Shown: piece by piece, positions 28,339 through 38,825 of the stretch
Numbering within the stretch: position 1 is the first letter of the stretch
Layout of the letters: each line of letters begins with the position of its first letter
Assembly (NCBI GenBank): GCA_016203445.1
Contig: JACQMS010000006.1
Coordinates: 1-55,686, forward strand
Source of the DNA: Candidatus Woesearchaeota archaeon
GTDB taxonomy: Archaea; Nanobdellota; Nanobdellia; Woesearchaeales; ARS49
Direction of reading: 5' to 3'
DNA length: 55,686 nt
Made by a program: the position numbers and the translations under genes
Notes under the pieces: model-generated
Told to the model about the DNA's origin: nothing
Database searches by the model: none
Seen by the model: the letters and a program-made list of their open reading frames with translations, nothing else

Positions 28339-29286
28339 ATGAATTTTTTCTTAAAACACATAAAAATATTTCTTGTAAAGTTTCCACGGTTGAATAATTT
28401 TGCATCCAAAGTGTATAAAATCAGCAGCAATATTGTGAAGCCAAAGATAGGTCTTCACAATAGAAAAATTTTGAATGATATTGTTGCTCTTCGTAGCCGT
28501 CTAAATCTTCGTTCTCTGCTTGTTGATTATGATGGAATTGTTCTTACACTTGGTGATAATTCAAAATTTTTTCTTGATGTAACCGAGTCTCACTCACTAT
28601 TATCTGTTCCGGAAACAGGATTCTTTGAAGCTGAAGAAACAGATTTTCTTAAAAATATTGTTGGGGCTGATTGGAATATTATAGATGTAGGAGCAAACTT
28701 TGGGTGGTATACAGTTCATTTCGCACTCTGGACTAATCATAATGGTTCGGTTCATTCATTTGAACCTGTTCCCACCGCATACAAGAGTTTATCACGCCAT
28801 GTATTGATGAACTCTCATACATCAAAAGTATTTTTGAATCGTTGCGCTGTTGGGGCAGAAAATGGTTTTAAAACAATTTACTCTCCTATTGGGCGCAGTA
28901 CAGCATTTTCTTCAGAACATCAATCAGGGACTCCTTTTAATGTAGAGTCCATTCAGCTAGATAAATATGTTAAGAGTAAGAGGTTAAAACGTGTAGATTT
29001 TATAAAGATAGATGTAGAAGGCGGAGAATTAAATGTTCTGCGTGGAGCAAAAGAAACAATCCAAAAGTATCATCCTCGTATACTGCTGGAAGTTGAGAGC
29101 CGCCACGCTGGATTGTTTGGCTATTCACCCTTAGATATTCAAATTTTTTTTAGACAGCACGGATATATAATGTACTTTTTAAACAGTGGAAAATTGTGCA
29201 GAGTTGATAATATTTTGAATGCTCCTGCATACAATTTTTACTGCGAATGGAACAAAGATGCTGATTCTCTGAAGACTAATATTTAA
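28339..29286 (+). CDS. FkbM-family methyltransferase
   Basis: DVGANFG, FEPVP, KIDVEGGE. Confidence 0.9.
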   Translation: MNFFLKHIKIFLVKFPRLNNFASKVYKISSNIVKPKIGLHNRKILNDIVALRSRLNLRSLLVDYDGIVLTLGDNSKFFLDVTESHSLLSVPETGFFEAEETDFLKNIVGADWNIIDVGANFGWYTVHFALWTNHNGSVHSFEPVPTAYKSLSRHVLMNSHTSKVFLNRCAVGAENGFKTIYSPIGRSTAFSSEHQSGTPFNVESIQLDKYVKSKRLKRVDFIKIDVEGGELNVLRGAKETIQKYHPRILLEVESRHAGLFGYSPLDIQIFFRQHGYIMYFLNSGKLCRVDNILNAPAYNFYCEWNKDADSLKTNI

Positions 29287-29312
29287 ATACTCTTTAAGTT
29301 CACCAAGGGTGT

Positions 29313-30683
29313 ATGGGTAGAACATCAGCAATTTTTATTTTAATGTATTTCGTTTTTTTTTCTCTTGCAGTTATACAGGGATTTCATCAAAGTTTGATTG
29401 ATGAACAGCAAATGTTGATGATATCATATTGGATATCCGAGGGAAAAATTCCGTACACCGATTTTTTTGAGCATCATATTGTTTTTAATAATTATCTTTT
29501 TGCACCGTTGTTTTGGATTTTTGGAAAAGGTTCGGCTCTTATTGTTGCAATTCATATTATAAATATACTATTTGTTTTTTGTTCTGCCTGGCTTGTGTGG
29601 TGCATTGCAAAGAAGAACAATTTTTTGTATCCTCACGCCGCATCAATAGTTTTTCTGGCAGGGTATACTGGCATTCCTTTCGCAATTTTAAGAAGTGAAT
29701 CACTGGTCCTTCTGTTTCTTCTTTTGTTCTTTTTTTTCTCTAATCATCTTCTTCGCGGGATTTTTATGGCTCTTCTTATTGGAACAACTCCCTTAATGAT
29801 AATTCCTGGGATTATTGTTGGGAGCGTCTATGGTATTTTTTTGTTGAGGCATAATTTGAGAAGCTTGTTATTTTTTATTTTTGGCGCATTGCTTGGAGGG
29901 CTTTTCTGGCTACTTGTTTTTTTTCATGTATCTTTTCAGTCCATGTATTGGTTTGTATTCACGTATAACAATCTTATATCGAAAATTTATAGCCTTCCGT
30001 GGCAGGAGGTTTTCTTTTTTACCTTTTTCTTTACTGTTCCTCTAATTGTGATGGGAGCATATTTGGCATGGACTTCTGCTCGCGAGGGCAATGAGTATGC
30101 AGTATTGTGTTTGATTTTTGTGTTAATATTTATTTTACAAACAATTTTTTGGAATGTTCAATTTGGCCCTTGGACTAGGATAAAACTTCCCAATGCTCTT
30201 CCAGTTATAGGAATTCTTTGTCCAATTTTTGCTCGCGGTAACAGGAAACTGTTGTTAGTTTTTAGTTTGTATTTATTGCTTCTTACAATGTTTGTGTACA
30301 CTCCATCTATTGAGGCCAGACAGTTGAAAATAGCAGGTATTGCTGGAAAGCTTGATAGTTGCGTTATAGATGATGCGATTATCAGCATAAAGCCTGATGA
30401 TTGGAGCGGCAGAGTGCTGATCGAATTATTTCGTGAGCCAAATCAGTTTTTTTGGACAAATTTTTACACATTCAAATATACAAATATAACCGCGGTTTCT
30501 TCTTCAGTACCGGACGAAATTTTATTATGCAGAAATGGTGTTTCAAGAAAAGATATTGTTTGTTCGCAGGAGATGCTCAGAAATATTCAGAAAGACTGTG
30601 ATAGTTTGTTCACTTCTTCTTCTCTGTATGTGTATACACGTTCATTGATTTTTGGCAACGATTCTGTTTTGCGGGTGTCATAG
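29313..30683 (+). CDS. Polytopic membrane protein, GT-C-like
   Basis: IDE after TM1, GKIPYTDFFEHH motif, about 10 TM segments. Confidence 0.65.
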   Translation: MGRTSAIFILMYFVFFSLAVIQGFHQSLIDEQQMLMISYWISEGKIPYTDFFEHHIVFNNYLFAPLFWIFGKGSALIVAIHIINILFVFCSAWLVWCIAKKNNFLYPHAASIVFLAGYTGIPFAILRSESLVLLFLLLFFFFSNHLLRGIFMALLIGTTPLMIIPGIIVGSVYGIFLLRHNLRSLLFFIFGALLGGLFWLLVFFHVSFQSMYWFVFTYNNLISKIYSLPWQEVFFFTFFFTVPLIVMGAYLAWTSAREGNEYAVLCLIFVLIFILQTIFWNVQFGPWTRIKLPNALPVIGILCPIFARGNRKLLLVFSLYLLLLTMFVYTPSIEARQLKIAGIAGKLDSCVIDDAIISIKPDDWSGRVLIELFREPNQFFWTNFYTFKYTNITAVSSSVPDEILLCRNGVSRKDIVCSQEMLRNIQKDCDSLFTSSSLYVYTRSLIFGNDSVLRVS

Positions 30684-30707
30684 TTATAGTTTTCAGGATT
30701 TTTTTCA

Positions 30708-32231
30708 TTAATTTTTCAATGTATTGATGATACATAGAGAGTATGAATTGTAAGAGTATATTTGCATGAACTCTTTACTAGGTTGTGATGGACATTGAAC
30801 ATATTTAGCGTTGTATTGACTGGATATGGCGAGTATGTCGGTTATATTTTCATTGTTATAAATTGTTTGGAGTTTTGAATGATAACTGAATCCTCGTGGC
30901 CGTTTCGTAATAATTATCGCATCTGAGGGCAAATTGCTCGAAGCCCATTCCGCGGCGCGCAGTGCGCTTTCTGTTTCTGGAGTGTTCTCATAAGGATAGC
31001 CCGGGTTTTCATAATAGCCGGTTGTTATTGATGAAAATTTTATTGCTGTAAAAATGTAGAGAAAGAGTATTGCGCCATATAGGAGCAGTATAATTGGTAT
31101 TTCTATTTTTGGGCGAATGCGCGGTTGATAAAAAGAGCTGATGTTGAAAATTGCGTGAATACTGACGAGGGTTAGAAGAGGTGCAAGCGGCATCATGTAT
31201 CCGTATTCAAATACCCAGTAAGTTGTGTGAAATATACTGTTGTATACATAGAGTGTTCCTATAAACCATTTGCTTGCTCCTCTTGTTATAAAAAGCCCAA
31301 AAATTGCCAGTATATGAAGTGGAAATAATGCAATAATGTAGGCTTTAAACTTGTTTAAAACTAATTGTGTTATTTCTAAAATTGGTTTTTGTTGAATATA
31401 TTCTTTATAAGATGGCAGTGTTGTATTCCAGTACATCGCGCCTGTTCTGCCTCCTTGGGCCAAAACTACTGCATTATATTTATTGACTGAGAAAATAGGA
31501 TCTCCGTATAGATCGATATTTCTAACAAACCATGGCAGTGTAATGATAAGAAAAATTATTGTTGCAAAGAGCAAATAGCGTGTAGGTTGTATTCTTTGAG
31601 TAAAACTACCCCATGCATAGATAGTTATTATCGACAATATGAGTAATATTCCTGTATATTTTGTAAGAATTGTAAATGCTAACAGTATGCCAACAATAAT
31701 TGTGAATTTAGGTTTTTTTATCGATTTCGTAAAAAAAAGTGCTGTAAGAAGCGTGAATGTTGTATAGAGTGGTTCTGCTTCAACATGTAGGCTGACGGGT
31801 ATTGCAAGAGGTGAATACATTGTGAGGAGCGCAGCTATAAAACCAACACGTTTGCTATACCAGTATTTTCCAAGTGAATAAACTATGAGCGGCAGTATAA
31901 TAAATTGTAGTGCAAGATTTGGTATTTTTGATATTAGTACTGAAATACCTATAATTTTGTAAAGTAGTGCTAGAAGTAGCGGATATAATGGTGGCGAAGT
32001 ATCATCTGGATGCGTTACTGACGGGTAAATAGTATAAAAGTAGAGTACTGTTGTTGTCTGAAAACCTTTGCCTTCTGATAATTGCCACGCTATAAGCGAA
32101 TATCCTGCATCTTCTGCTCCTCCTATGTAATGTATGTCTGATATGAAAAACATCATAACAAGAAATGTGGCGAGCCCCGCAAAGAAAATAATTATTGACA
32201 AAGGTACTTTTTCCTTGAATAAAAAGTTCAT
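30708..32231 (-). CDS. GT-C (PMT/ArnT-like) membrane glycosyltransferase
   Basis: ED..Y, PPLYPLLL, EP, LTKYTG, PWFVRN motifs. Confidence 0.78.
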   Translation of the reverse strand: MNFLFKEKVPLSIIIFFAGLATFLVMMFFISDIHYIGGAEDAGYSLIAWQLSEGKGFQTTTVLYFYTIYPSVTHPDDTSPPLYPLLLALLYKIIGISVLISKIPNLALQFIILPLIVYSLGKYWYSKRVGFIAALLTMYSPLAIPVSLHVEAEPLYTTFTLLTALFFTKSIKKPKFTIIVGILLAFTILTKYTGILLILSIITIYAWGSFTQRIQPTRYLLFATIIFLIITLPWFVRNIDLYGDPIFSVNKYNAVVLAQGGRTGAMYWNTTLPSYKEYIQQKPILEITQLVLNKFKAYIIALFPLHILAIFGLFITRGASKWFIGTLYVYNSIFHTTYWVFEYGYMMPLAPLLTLVSIHAIFNISSFYQPRIRPKIEIPIILLLYGAILFLYIFTAIKFSSITTGYYENPGYPYENTPETESALRAAEWASSNLPSDAIIITKRPRGFSYHSKLQTIYNNENITDILAISSQYNAKYVQCPSQPSKEFMQIYSYNSYSLCIINTLKN

Positions 32232-32299
32232 ATCGTACGGCCCCTCTTTTGCGGTTGTCTTCGAAGTCTTTAAATATCTTGTGTGTTCTCCAAGTTTAC

Positions 32300-34195
32300 A
32301 TGTGCGGTATTGTTGGCGCGTGGGGCATTGTTGATTCTTCAGTTCCTCGTCGTATGTTGAACTTGTTATCTCATCGAGGTCCCGATGCTTCTGGATTTTT
32401 TTCTGATAATAATGTGTGGCTTGGTCATCATCGTTTGTCTATTCAGGATATTTCTAATGCAGGCAATCAGCCTATGTGGGATTCTTCCCGCCGTTTTGTT
32501 CTTGTATATAATGGTGAAGTGTTTAATGCTCCTATTCTTCGTGGTATGCTAATAAAGCGCGGAGTTGTTTTTCGGTCTTTATCTGATACGGAGGTTATTC
32601 TTGAAGGATTTTCTGTTTGGGGTAATGCCGTTTGGGGTATGCTTCGGGGTATTTTTTCTTGTTTGTTGTATGATACAGTTGAGAAAAAGTTATTTGTGTG
32701 CCGTGACCCACTTGGTGTGAAGCCTTTATACGTATGGAAGAAAGATAATGTTATATTTTTTGTTTCAGAGTATAAAGCGTTGTTTTCTCATGATTCACCT
32801 CCAAATGTTGTAAGAAAGAATGTTGTTGCGCGTATTCTTTCGTTTCGGTACAATCCTACAAATGAAACTCTTTTGGAGGGTGTTGAGTGCGTTCCTCCAG
32901 GCATAATCTTCACATATTCTCATCGCAGTGCTGTAGTTTCTTCTAGTGTTGCTGTTTCTTCAAGGCCTTTTTGGTCTTGGGATTCTCCTCTTCATCACGT
33001 GTCTGAGGAAACTCTTTGTAAGAATCTTGAATTGTCTGTTCGTGAACAGTTATTATCTGATGTTCCTATTGCGTTATTATCAAGCGGGGGTCTTGATAGT
33101 GCGATTATTGGTTCTCTTGCTCATCGTGCTGGAAGTAATTTGTCATCTTTTACTGTATCATATGATGATCCTAGTTTTGAGGATGCAAAATTTGCTCGTC
33201 TTCTTGCAGATGAGTGGGGTTCCGAGCATTTCGAGATCATGCTTGATTCTGAATCGTTGCATTCTCTTCCAGAGACTATTTTTGTAATGGATGATGTAGT
33301 AGCGGATCCGTCAAGTATTCCTCAGCTTGCGTTGGCTAAGCACATTCATGGAAAATTTAAAGTCGTTTTGAGCGGCGGTGGCGGTGATGAATTATTTGGA
33401 GGGTATACTCATCATCGTCTTCTCGCATTTCATTCTTTTCTTCGCAATGCTATTGTAAGAGTTCCTTTATCATTTATTCTCAAACGTGTTTCTCCAGGCA
33501 TTCTTGGAATGGTTAGTCCATATGCCGCGCGTCTTGGTAGTGACGGCGTTCAATCTCTTTATCTTGCAGTAAAGGGTGCAGATAATAAAAAGTTTTTTTA
33601 TCGTTCCCTTGTTGAGATGAGTTCTCCTGAACATCGTTCTTCTGTTTTGGGTGCTTTTGATCCTAAGACTGTTTTAACGGCACATCTTCCTGAAAAGTTC
33701 AGCATTCCAGAAGATATTACAAAAGTAGAGTGTCAAACTTTTTTGCAGCACGATATTCTTCAGCAGTCTGATAAATTGTTTATGTGGCAGGGTATCGAGT
33801 CTAGAGTTCCTTTGCTTCATCTTCCTATTGTTCGTTTGGGTTTAGGTATGCCATTCTCTCAGAAGGCCAGCGCTCTTGGTACAAAATTGCTGTTTCGGAA
33901 AGCTGTTAAAAAGTATCTTCCAAGAAGTGTTCTTAATAGAAAGAAGCAGGGTTTCTGGGTTCCTTTGGAAAATTTTCGTCGTGACCTGATTGCGCGCGCG
34001 GAAAGTATTGATGCAAGTTCTTGGAAAGGGTTGGGCATAAGACCTGATGGTGTGAAAAATATTATTCAGAGATGGTCTGGTTCCAGTTCATCTTTGTCAA
34101 ATGCTCGTGCATTATATTCTTTGGTTCATCTTGGTATATGGCACAAGATTTTTATAGCATCTGAAAATCCTTCTCGCGTATGGAAAAAATTATAG
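32300..34195 (+). CDS. asnB: Asparagine synthase (glutamine-hydrolysing)-like amidotransferase
   Basis: MCGIVG, HRGPD, RLSI.D, NGEVFN, RDPLGVKPLY, SGGLDS, DELFGGY. Confidence 0.92.
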   Translation: MCGIVGAWGIVDSSVPRRMLNLLSHRGPDASGFFSDNNVWLGHHRLSIQDISNAGNQPMWDSSRRFVLVYNGEVFNAPILRGMLIKRGVVFRSLSDTEVILEGFSVWGNAVWGMLRGIFSCLLYDTVEKKLFVCRDPLGVKPLYVWKKDNVIFFVSEYKALFSHDSPPNVVRKNVVARILSFRYNPTNETLLEGVECVPPGIIFTYSHRSAVVSSSVAVSSRPFWSWDSPLHHVSEETLCKNLELSVREQLLSDVPIALLSSGGLDSAIIGSLAHRAGSNLSSFTVSYDDPSFEDAKFARLLADEWGSEHFEIMLDSESLHSLPETIFVMDDVVADPSSIPQLALAKHIHGKFKVVLSGGGGDELFGGYTHHRLLAFHSFLRNAIVRVPLSFILKRVSPGILGMVSPYAARLGSDGVQSLYLAVKGADNKKFFYRSLVEMSSPEHRSSVLGAFDPKTVLTAHLPEKFSIPEDITKVECQTFLQHDILQQSDKLFMWQGIESRVPLLHLPIVRLGLGMPFSQKASALGTKLLFRKAVKKYLPRSVLNRKKQGFWVPLENFRRDLIARAESIDASSWKGLGIRPDGVKNIIQRWSGSSSSLSNARALYSLVHLGIWHKIFIASENPSRVWKKL

Positions 34196-35058
34196 TTACA
34201 ATTCCTGCATATAATGAGGAAAAAACTATAGGACGCGTTGTAAAGGATATTTCTTGTGTTTTAAAAAAATATCCTCGTTCTAAAATTCAAGTTTTTGATG
34301 ATGGCAGTCGTGATAGTACTGCGCAACGTGCGAAAGATGCTGGCGCCCGCGTTATCTCTAATCATACAAATCTTGGTCTTGCTCGTACTTTTCAGCTTGA
34401 GATTGCTGAGTGTGTTAGATCTGGTGCGGATATTATTGTTCACACTGATGCTGATGGACAGTATCGCGCCGATGATATACCGAAGCTTATTGAAATGGTT
34501 CGTTCAGGATATGATCTTGTTCTTGGAAATCGTTTTTCTGGCGGTATTGAGCGTATGCATTGGTTGAAGCGTTTGGGCAATTTATCTTTTACTGTTCTTG
34601 TTTCTTTGTTGTCCCAGAAGCATATTGGTGATGCTCAGACCGGTTTTCGCGCTTTTACTAGGGCCGTTGCCATTTCGTGCCCTATCACGAGTAATTATAC
34701 ATATACACAGGAGCAGATCTTGAAGACATCGTGGAGTGGTTTTCTTATCGGAGAGGTTCCAACTCAGTTTTCCTCCCGCATTGACGAGAGCCGCTTGATT
34801 AAAAATCCATTTCATTATGCAATGAATGTCAGCATTAATCTTATTCGTCTTCTTCGCGATTATTCTCCAATGAAATTTTTTTCTTTGGGAAGCGGGATGT
34901 GCATTATAATAAGTTTATTTTTATTAAGTCTTTGGCATGTTTCTTCTTCTGTTGATACTAGCACTCTTTTTGCAGTTTTTTCTGGAATTTTTTTTCTTTT
35001 AGCTTTACAATTATTTCTCATTGGTTTACTTTCTGATATGTTTCGAAAAACTGTTTGA
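34180..35058 (+). CDS. GT2 glycosyltransferase with C-terminal TM helices
   Basis: IPAYNEE, DDGS, TDADGQY, DAQTGFRA. Confidence 0.9.
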   Translation: MEKIIVTIPAYNEEKTIGRVVKDISCVLKKYPRSKIQVFDDGSRDSTAQRAKDAGARVISNHTNLGLARTFQLEIAECVRSGADIIVHTDADGQYRADDIPKLIEMVRSGYDLVLGNRFSGGIERMHWLKRLGNLSFTVLVSLLSQKHIGDAQTGFRAFTRAVAISCPITSNYTYTQEQILKTSWSGFLIGEVPTQFSSRIDESRLIKNPFHYAMNVSINLIRLLRDYSPMKFFSLGSGMCIIISLFLLSLWHVSSSVDTSTLFAVFSGIFFLLALQLFLIGLLSDMFRKTV

Positions 35059-35129
35059 TAAGAGTTTTTTTTCTTTTCTTTTAGCTCTTTAATCATAAGA
35101 TTTTAAAGCTTCGCATTTGAAAGTAATTC

Positions 35130-36404
35130 ATGAAAGTTCTCATTGTAACAAGAAGGTATATCCCGGAGGTAATTGGTGGTGGACAATTAAGTGTTCATTA
35201 TATTGCAAGAATTCTTAAAAAAAAAGGAATTGATGTAAGAGTTTTAACGTTTACTGCAGGAATAAGAAAAGACGAAATTATTGATAAAGTGCCTGTAACA
35301 AGATTGAGCATTCGTACAATTCCGCTTTTTCCAAGACTTTCAAATCTTGAATGGATGTATTATGAAATGTATCGTCAGACTATGAATTATTTGAAAGAGT
35401 TCACTCCAGATATTCTTCATAGTTTTAATTCAGAAAGCGCGCCAAGTCTTCGATGGGTATCTAAAAAAACAGCAATACCGTACGTTGTAACCATTAATGG
35501 ACCAAATTTATTTTGTTTCACACAGAAGGGTATTGATTCTAAAGGAGAAAATTGTCTTGGATGCGGAGGATTTCATCGGCTTCGAGAAACTATTGTGGTA
35601 TGGGGGGGCAAAAGCTGGCTTAGGAAGAGTGTTGCACTTGCATATTGGTTGTATAGTATTCCACACATGAAACTTTTTGAAAAAACTTTAAAAGATGCAA
35701 GCCTTCTTCTGCCTATTAGTTATGGAATACGAGATGATATAGTAAAATTAGGATATTCTCCTGAAAATATGCAAGTAGTTCACAATCCTCAACGAGTGTG
35801 CAAAAAAGTTCGGAGTAATATTAATGTTAAACTAGGCATTCCAAAAAATGCACCGATATTATTATATGCGGGTAGAATAGAGAAAGAGAAGGGCATTCAA
35901 AACATTATAACTCTTCTTCAGTTTATACCAGATGCACACGCAATTATTATTGGAAGAGGTGCATACGAGAAGGAAGCAAAAAATTTGGCGAAAGAATTAA
36001 ACGCTGAATCAAGAACTCATTTTGTTCCTTGGACGGAAAATTCCAAACTTGGGGCGTATTATAGCAAAGCAAGCATTGTACTAATGCCCGGAAGGTTTTA
36101 TGAAAGTCTGGGCCGGATGCTACTGGAGGCCTGTGCACATGGAGTTTCTGTTATTGGAACACGTATTGGAGGCATTCCTGATGTGATTGAAGATGGAAAT
36201 AACGGGTTTCTTTTGGAAACATTTTCACTTGGGGAATTATTAAAAAAAGTGAAGAAAATACTTGCGTCTTCAACAATAAGAAAAAACATGGGAGCGTACG
36301 GAAAAAGAAAGATTAAAAAAGAGTTTTCTGAAGAAAAGTGCTTCAAAGATATTATTAACGCATATAATAAGGTTTTATCAAAAAAAGTCACCGAAAAAAA
36401 TTAA
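35130..36404 (+). CDS. GT4 glycosyltransferase
   Basis: GGG, GRIEKEKG, ESLGRMLLEA. Confidence 0.9.
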   Translation: MKVLIVTRRYIPEVIGGGQLSVHYIARILKKKGIDVRVLTFTAGIRKDEIIDKVPVTRLSIRTIPLFPRLSNLEWMYYEMYRQTMNYLKEFTPDILHSFNSESAPSLRWVSKKTAIPYVVTINGPNLFCFTQKGIDSKGENCLGCGGFHRLRETIVVWGGKSWLRKSVALAYWLYSIPHMKLFEKTLKDASLLLPISYGIRDDIVKLGYSPENMQVVHNPQRVCKKVRSNINVKLGIPKNAPILLYAGRIEKEKGIQNIITLLQFIPDAHAIIIGRGAYEKEAKNLAKELNAESRTHFVPWTENSKLGAYYSKASIVLMPGRFYESLGRMLLEACAHGVSVIGTRIGGIPDVIEDGNNGFLLETFSLGELLKKVKKILASSTIRKNMGAYGKRKIKKEFSEEKCFKDIINAYNKVLSKKVTEKN

Positions 36405-36429
36405 AATTGTTAAAAGTACTACAGAAGTT

Positions 36430-37086
36430 TCACATCTTTTTCTCGAGAACAAAAAAGTGATGATTTGGATTTGTTGGAGAATAGAATTCTCTACGTATAT
36501 TAAACGATTTTTTGATAGCAGTACTAATTTTTTTATAAGAATAGCCACGCGTGCCCATTTCCCAATAGTGTTCTTTATTTTTTATTCCATCAAATTTAAT
36601 AATATTGAACACGCGGGGAATCTTAAATAAACAGGATATTGTTCTAGAAGTAAAAGGCAGGCTCCATCTTAGCAATAACGCGAAGAATACTGTGCTGAAT
36701 GGAATAGAAACAATAACAAAGCGTTTTGTAACTCTTGCCAATTCTTTCAACGCCGAGGGAACATCGGAGAATGGAATGTGCTCCAAAACCTCAAAAGAAA
36801 CTACAGTATCAAATGAATAGTCAGAAAAAGGAAGGTCACGTATATCTCCAACTATATCAGGATTCAATGCATGGTCAATATCGCATGTTTTCACATAGAA
36901 ACCAATACTTTTCAGATATGTTGAAACAATGCCAGAACCAATCCCTATTTCAAGAATTTTTTTTGGTTTCGTTTGTATAATGGAATCTATTTGGTAGAAA
37001 TAAGATTGAAAACGATCTAAAGAATTATATTTTTGTGAGAAGTAATGCTCCCGGCTGACTTGCAGAAAAAAGGATTTATTGCCCAT
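36430..37086 (-). CDS. Class I SAM-dependent methyltransferase
   Basis: ILEIGIGSG, FEVLEHIPF, EHYWEMG. Confidence 0.88.
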   Translation of the reverse strand: MGNKSFFLQVSREHYFSQKYNSLDRFQSYFYQIDSIIQTKPKKILEIGIGSGIVSTYLKSIGFYVKTCDIDHALNPDIVGDIRDLPFSDYSFDTVVSFEVLEHIPFSDVPSALKELARVTKRFVIVSIPFSTVFFALLLRWSLPFTSRTISCLFKIPRVFNIIKFDGIKNKEHYWEMGTRGYSYKKISTAIKKSFNIRREFYSPTNPNHHFFVLEKKM

Positions 37087-37198
37087 TCTATTACAAAAAT
37101 GCGGGGATATAAAAGGGTTGTGAAAAGATCAACATAAGATATTTAAAGGGAGCGATGACCGTACATCATAAGTACAATTATATAGAGTGTTGCAGTTT

Positions 37199-38398
37199 AT
37201 GAAAATTGTTATTCCTTTTCCTTATTTTCGAGAAGGAATGGGCGGTATATACAAATTTTGCTTAGAGTTTAGTCGTGAGGCAGTTTCTCGAGGCCATGAA
37301 GTTGTTATTATTTCTTCGTTGCCCAAAAATAAAAATGTTGATGATGTAATGAGCGGTGTTCGTATTATTCGTGTTCCTCTTCATCATGCCAGATTATTTA
37401 GACGTATTCGTGATTACGTTTTGTTTGGACGCAAGGTTAGTGTCCTTATAAAAAAAGAGCATCCTGATATTATTTTGGGTGTTTCTTTGGGCGCGTATGG
37501 TGGTGTTGGGTGCGACGCCCCTCTTGTGTACCGTTCTGCGGCAACTCCGATTATCGTTGAACAAAATATTTGGAAAAAACTTTTGAATGATAAAATCGTA
37601 AAGAAATCGTTGTTAAAGCGGGTATTTCTTTCTTTTGATTTTTTTCTTCAGAAAACTATTGAACGTGCATGTCTGAGAAATGCAAAGGCATTCTTTTGTC
37701 AGTCAAATGAATTGTACTCTTACTTTCAAAGAGAATATTCTCTGTCTTCAAGTCTTCGGGTGTGTTCTCCTTGTACTGGTGTTGATACAAAGAAATTTTA
37801 TCGTGATTTTTATCAGCGCGGAATTGTTCGAGAGCGTTTAGGTGTTCGTGATGATGAAAAAATAATTATGTTTTCTGGCGGGCTTTCACCAATCAAAGGG
37901 GCTTTTGTTCTTGAGAACGCGCTTTCTTTAGTGTTTAAGAGCATTCCGAATGCAAAATTTCTCCTTGTTGGCAGTGAACAATGTTCTTTTAATCTTGGAG
38001 AATATAATAATCGCATTCTTCGTACTGGGTCCATTTCTTTGTCAGAGATTCCTAATTTTTATTCGGCATCAGATATTTTTGTTCTTCCTTCTCTTGTAGA
38101 AGGGTTTCCCAATACTCTTCTTGAAGCTATGTCTTGTTCTCTTCCTTGTATTTGTACTCCTTTGGTAGGAATGGCAGAATATGCAAAGAATAAAAGGGAC
38201 ATTTTGATCGTGCCTTTCTATGATCATCTTGCTCTTGCCGATGCCATCATTTTTTGTCTTAAGAATCCTGCTATTTGTAGTTCTCTTGGCAAAAATGCCC
38301 GCAAACAAGCATTAAAATTTGATTGGGGCATTGTTTCTACAAAGATGTTATCATTTTTGGAGAGTGTTGTTGAATCCGAATCAAAGATCTCGACGTAA
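37199..38398 (+). CDS. GT4 glycosyltransferase
   Basis: GG, GVDT, KG, PSLVEGFPNTLLEAM. Confidence 0.9.
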   Translation: MKIVIPFPYFREGMGGIYKFCLEFSREAVSRGHEVVIISSLPKNKNVDDVMSGVRIIRVPLHHARLFRRIRDYVLFGRKVSVLIKKEHPDIILGVSLGAYGGVGCDAPLVYRSAATPIIVEQNIWKKLLNDKIVKKSLLKRVFLSFDFFLQKTIERACLRNAKAFFCQSNELYSYFQREYSLSSSLRVCSPCTGVDTKKFYRDFYQRGIVRERLGVRDDEKIIMFSGGLSPIKGAFVLENALSLVFKSIPNAKFLLVGSEQCSFNLGEYNNRILRTGSISLSEIPNFYSASDIFVLPSLVEGFPNTLLEAMSCSLPCICTPLVGMAEYAKNKRDILIVPFYDHLALADAIIFCLKNPAICSSLGKNARKQALKFDWGIVSTKMLSFLESVVESESKIST

Positions 38399-38775
38399 AC
38401 CCGGTGCGTGCGATGTTGTTAACAAGTTGTCAAATCAACAACTTCAGCGTTTACGCCGAGGTATGAACACTGCTGTTGACAAAATTATAGCAAATCTCAT
38501 TAATTATTGAACAGTTGTGAGATTTGCTAGACTAGTAAATTGCATTGTAAAAGTTCCAAAATTAATGCAATTTACTATTACTAAAAGCCAAAACAGAGGT
38601 TGTTCAATACTTGTGCGCAACTGCTCCTCGAGCTGAAGCATCGAGGTGTCAAAGGTGGCAAGGACCTCCAGTCAATAGACTGGGGGCATGTTCGCTTAGC
38701 TCACCCCGCCACCTTTGATCATGATCAAAAATATCCTAAAAATTCGTCTCAGCGAATTTTTAAGTACTTTTGTCG
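38389..38775. repeat. Intergenic array of hairpins including a divergent double-hairpin element (~38646-38772)
   Basis: 12-bp IR 38488-38499/38518-38529; 14-bp IR 38533-38546/38564-38577; TCAAAGGTGGC...GCCACCTTTGATCATGATCAAAA; TCCTAAAAATTCG...CGAATTTTTAAG. Confidence 0.7.
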
Positions 38776-38825
38776 CTTACTAATAATCCACAACCATTTT
38801 AAACAATTAGCAATATTCATAAACT

